Below, piece after piece: positions 62,754 through 64,000 of a stretch of 64,000 bases of DNA. Where the stretch lies: positions 30,972 to 94,971 of the forward strand of contig CAVSWS010000020.1 in NCBI GenBank assembly GCA_963731765.1. Reading direction: 5' to 3'. A program made the position numbers and the translations under genes. The stretch is from an uncultured Chloroflexia bacterium (GTDB lineage Bacteria > Chloroflexota > Dehalococcoidia > DSTF01 > WHTK01). The notes beneath the pieces were generated by a model. The model did no database searches. It was not told the origin of the DNA and was given only the letters and a program-made list of their open reading frames with translations. Each line of letters begins with the position of its first letter. Position 1 is the stretch's first letter.

Positions 62754-64000
62754 CTAGCGAATGCCAAGCAGCTTGGCGGTTCGGCCGGAAGCCATGGCCT
62801 GCATCATCTTCTTGGCTTCCTTCCACTGCTTGAGCAGCTGATTTACATCTGCCGGCGTCGTGCCGCTGCCTTCCGCAATCCGACGGCGGCGGCTCCCGTT
62901 GATAATGTCGGGATTACGACGCTCTACCGGGGTCATCGAAAACACGATCGCCTCGGCGCGCTTGAAGAAGGTATCGTCAATTTCGGTTGCCTGCAACTGG
63001 CGCTTCATGCCGCCCATGCCCGGGATCATGCCCAGGAGGTCGGAGATCGGCCCCATGCTGCGTACTTTCTGCATCTGCTGCACGAAGTCGTTGAGGTCCA
63101 GCTGGTTCGCCTTCATGCGCTTGCCGAGCTTTTCGATGTCCTCGTCGCCGATGTTGGCCTGGGCCTTCTCGATCAGGGTGAGGACGTCGCCCATGCCGAG
63201 GATGCGCTGGGCAAACCGGTCCGGGTAGAAGGGCTCCAGGGCGTCGGCGCGCTCACCGGTGCCGACGAACTTGATCGGCAGCCCCGTCATGGCGCGGATC
63301 GAAAGCGCGGCGCCACCACGGGCGTCGCCGTCGAGCTTGGTGAGGACGAAGCCGGAGACGGGTGTCGCTTCGCCGAACTCCTGGGCCACGTGCACGGCTT
63401 CCTGGCCGGTCATGGCGTCGACGACGAGCAGCGTCTCGTGCGGCTGGAAGCACGAGACCAGCGCCTGCACCTCTTCGACGACGTCCTCGTCCAGCTGTAC
63501 GTAGCCGGGGGAGTCGACGATGAGGGTCGTGGCGCCGACGCGTCGCGCTTCGGCGAGGGCGTCCTTCGCGAGCGTCTTGATGTCTTTGGGGTCGCCGGGG
63601 AAGACGGCGACGTCGTACTGCTTGCCGAGGCTGATCAGCTGCTGCGTACCGGCGACACGGTAGGGGTCGGCCGAGACGAGCAGGGGCTTGCCGCCGGACT
63701 TGCGCAGGTGCAGGGCCAGCTTCGCCGTCATCGTCGTCTTGCCGGCGCCCTTGAGGCCGACGAGCAGGAGGACAGTCGGGGGCTGCGGCGCCGTCGTGAG
63801 GGTCGACTGGCTGCCGCCGAGCATGCTGGTCAGCTCTTCATTGACGATCGAGATGACCTGCTGCGGGCCGGAGAGCGACTGCAGCACTTCGATGCCGGAC
63901 GCGCGCTCCCGCACGGCGCTGATGAAATCGCGCACGACGCGGAAGTTGACGTCCGCCTCCAGCAGAGCGACTCGTACTTCACGCAGGGCCTCATCGAGGT
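62754..64000 (-). CDS. ffh: signal recognition particle protein Ffh (5' end beyond the window)
   Basis: SRP54 G-domain 'LLVGLKGAGKTTMTAKLA' and M-domain 'GMIPGMGG'. The reading frame stays open to the window edge (...VRDFISAVRERAS). Confidence 0.9.
   Translation of the reverse strand, partial: LDEALREVRVALLEADVNFRVVRDFISAVRERASGIEVLQSLSGPQQVISIVNEELTSMLGGSQSTLTTAPQPPTVLLLVGLKGAGKTTMTAKLALHLRKSGGKPLLVSADPYRVAGTQQLISLGKQYDVAVFPGDPKDIKTLAKDALAEARRVGATTLIVDSPGYVQLDEDVVEEVQALVSCFQPHETLLVVDAMTGQEAVHVAQEFGEATPVSGFVLTKLDGDARGGAALSIRAMTGLPIKFVGTGERADALEPFYPDRFAQRILGMGDVLTLIEKAQANIGDEDIEKLGKRMKANQLDLNDFVQQMQKVRSMGPISDLLGMIPGMGGMKRQLQATEIDDTFFKRAEAIVFSMTPVERRNPDIINGSRRRRIAEGSGTTPADVNQLLKQWKEAKKMMQAMASGRTAKLLGIR

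Overview
This is a high-GC (~68%) bacterial chromosomal window, likely Chloroflexi or Actinobacteria, dense in housekeeping and accessory metabolism with roughly 65 protein genes on both strands. Recognisable blocks in order: TetR, ferritin-like and Zn-ADH genes; small stress-type proteins (DUF2934, DUF3008); an aldo-keto reductase; an exopolysaccharide fragment (secreted Ig-like protein, BY-kinase, DUF4012); gmk with a frameshifted aroA; tyrA; an HD protein, M50 protease and rex; YciI with an ECF sigma factor; a glgX-treZ-treY trehalose operon; ggt; folK-folP with a GT4 glycosyltransferase; hsp20; an orphan CoxL/XDH-type molybdoenzyme subunit; NIPSNAP and VOC proteins; tRNA-Leu(CAG) and tRNA-Arg(GCG); fumC; an intradiol dioxygenase (frameshifted), ADH and ABC-2 transporter; two paralogous Rieske oxygenases flanking a hybrid histidine kinase and DHA2 MFS pump; a GIY-YIG nuclease with tRNA-Leu(GAG) and tRNA-Cys; two lipoprotein peptidases; a ~1.5 kb low-GC decayed island; and the start of the ffh-rpsP-KH ribosomal operon. 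No CRISPR array, intact mobile element or obvious complete defence system was found. The most notable observations are a cluster of single-base frameshifts in otherwise conserved genes (aroA twice, treZ, the dioxygenase, even rpsP), which points to sequence error; and the decayed low-GC island with NDT/TIR-like and ConA-like gene remnants sitting where rimM-trmD-rplS normally follow the KH gene. A degenerate tyrosine-recombinase-like gene and an unusual tRNA-Arg anticodon are also worth a second look.
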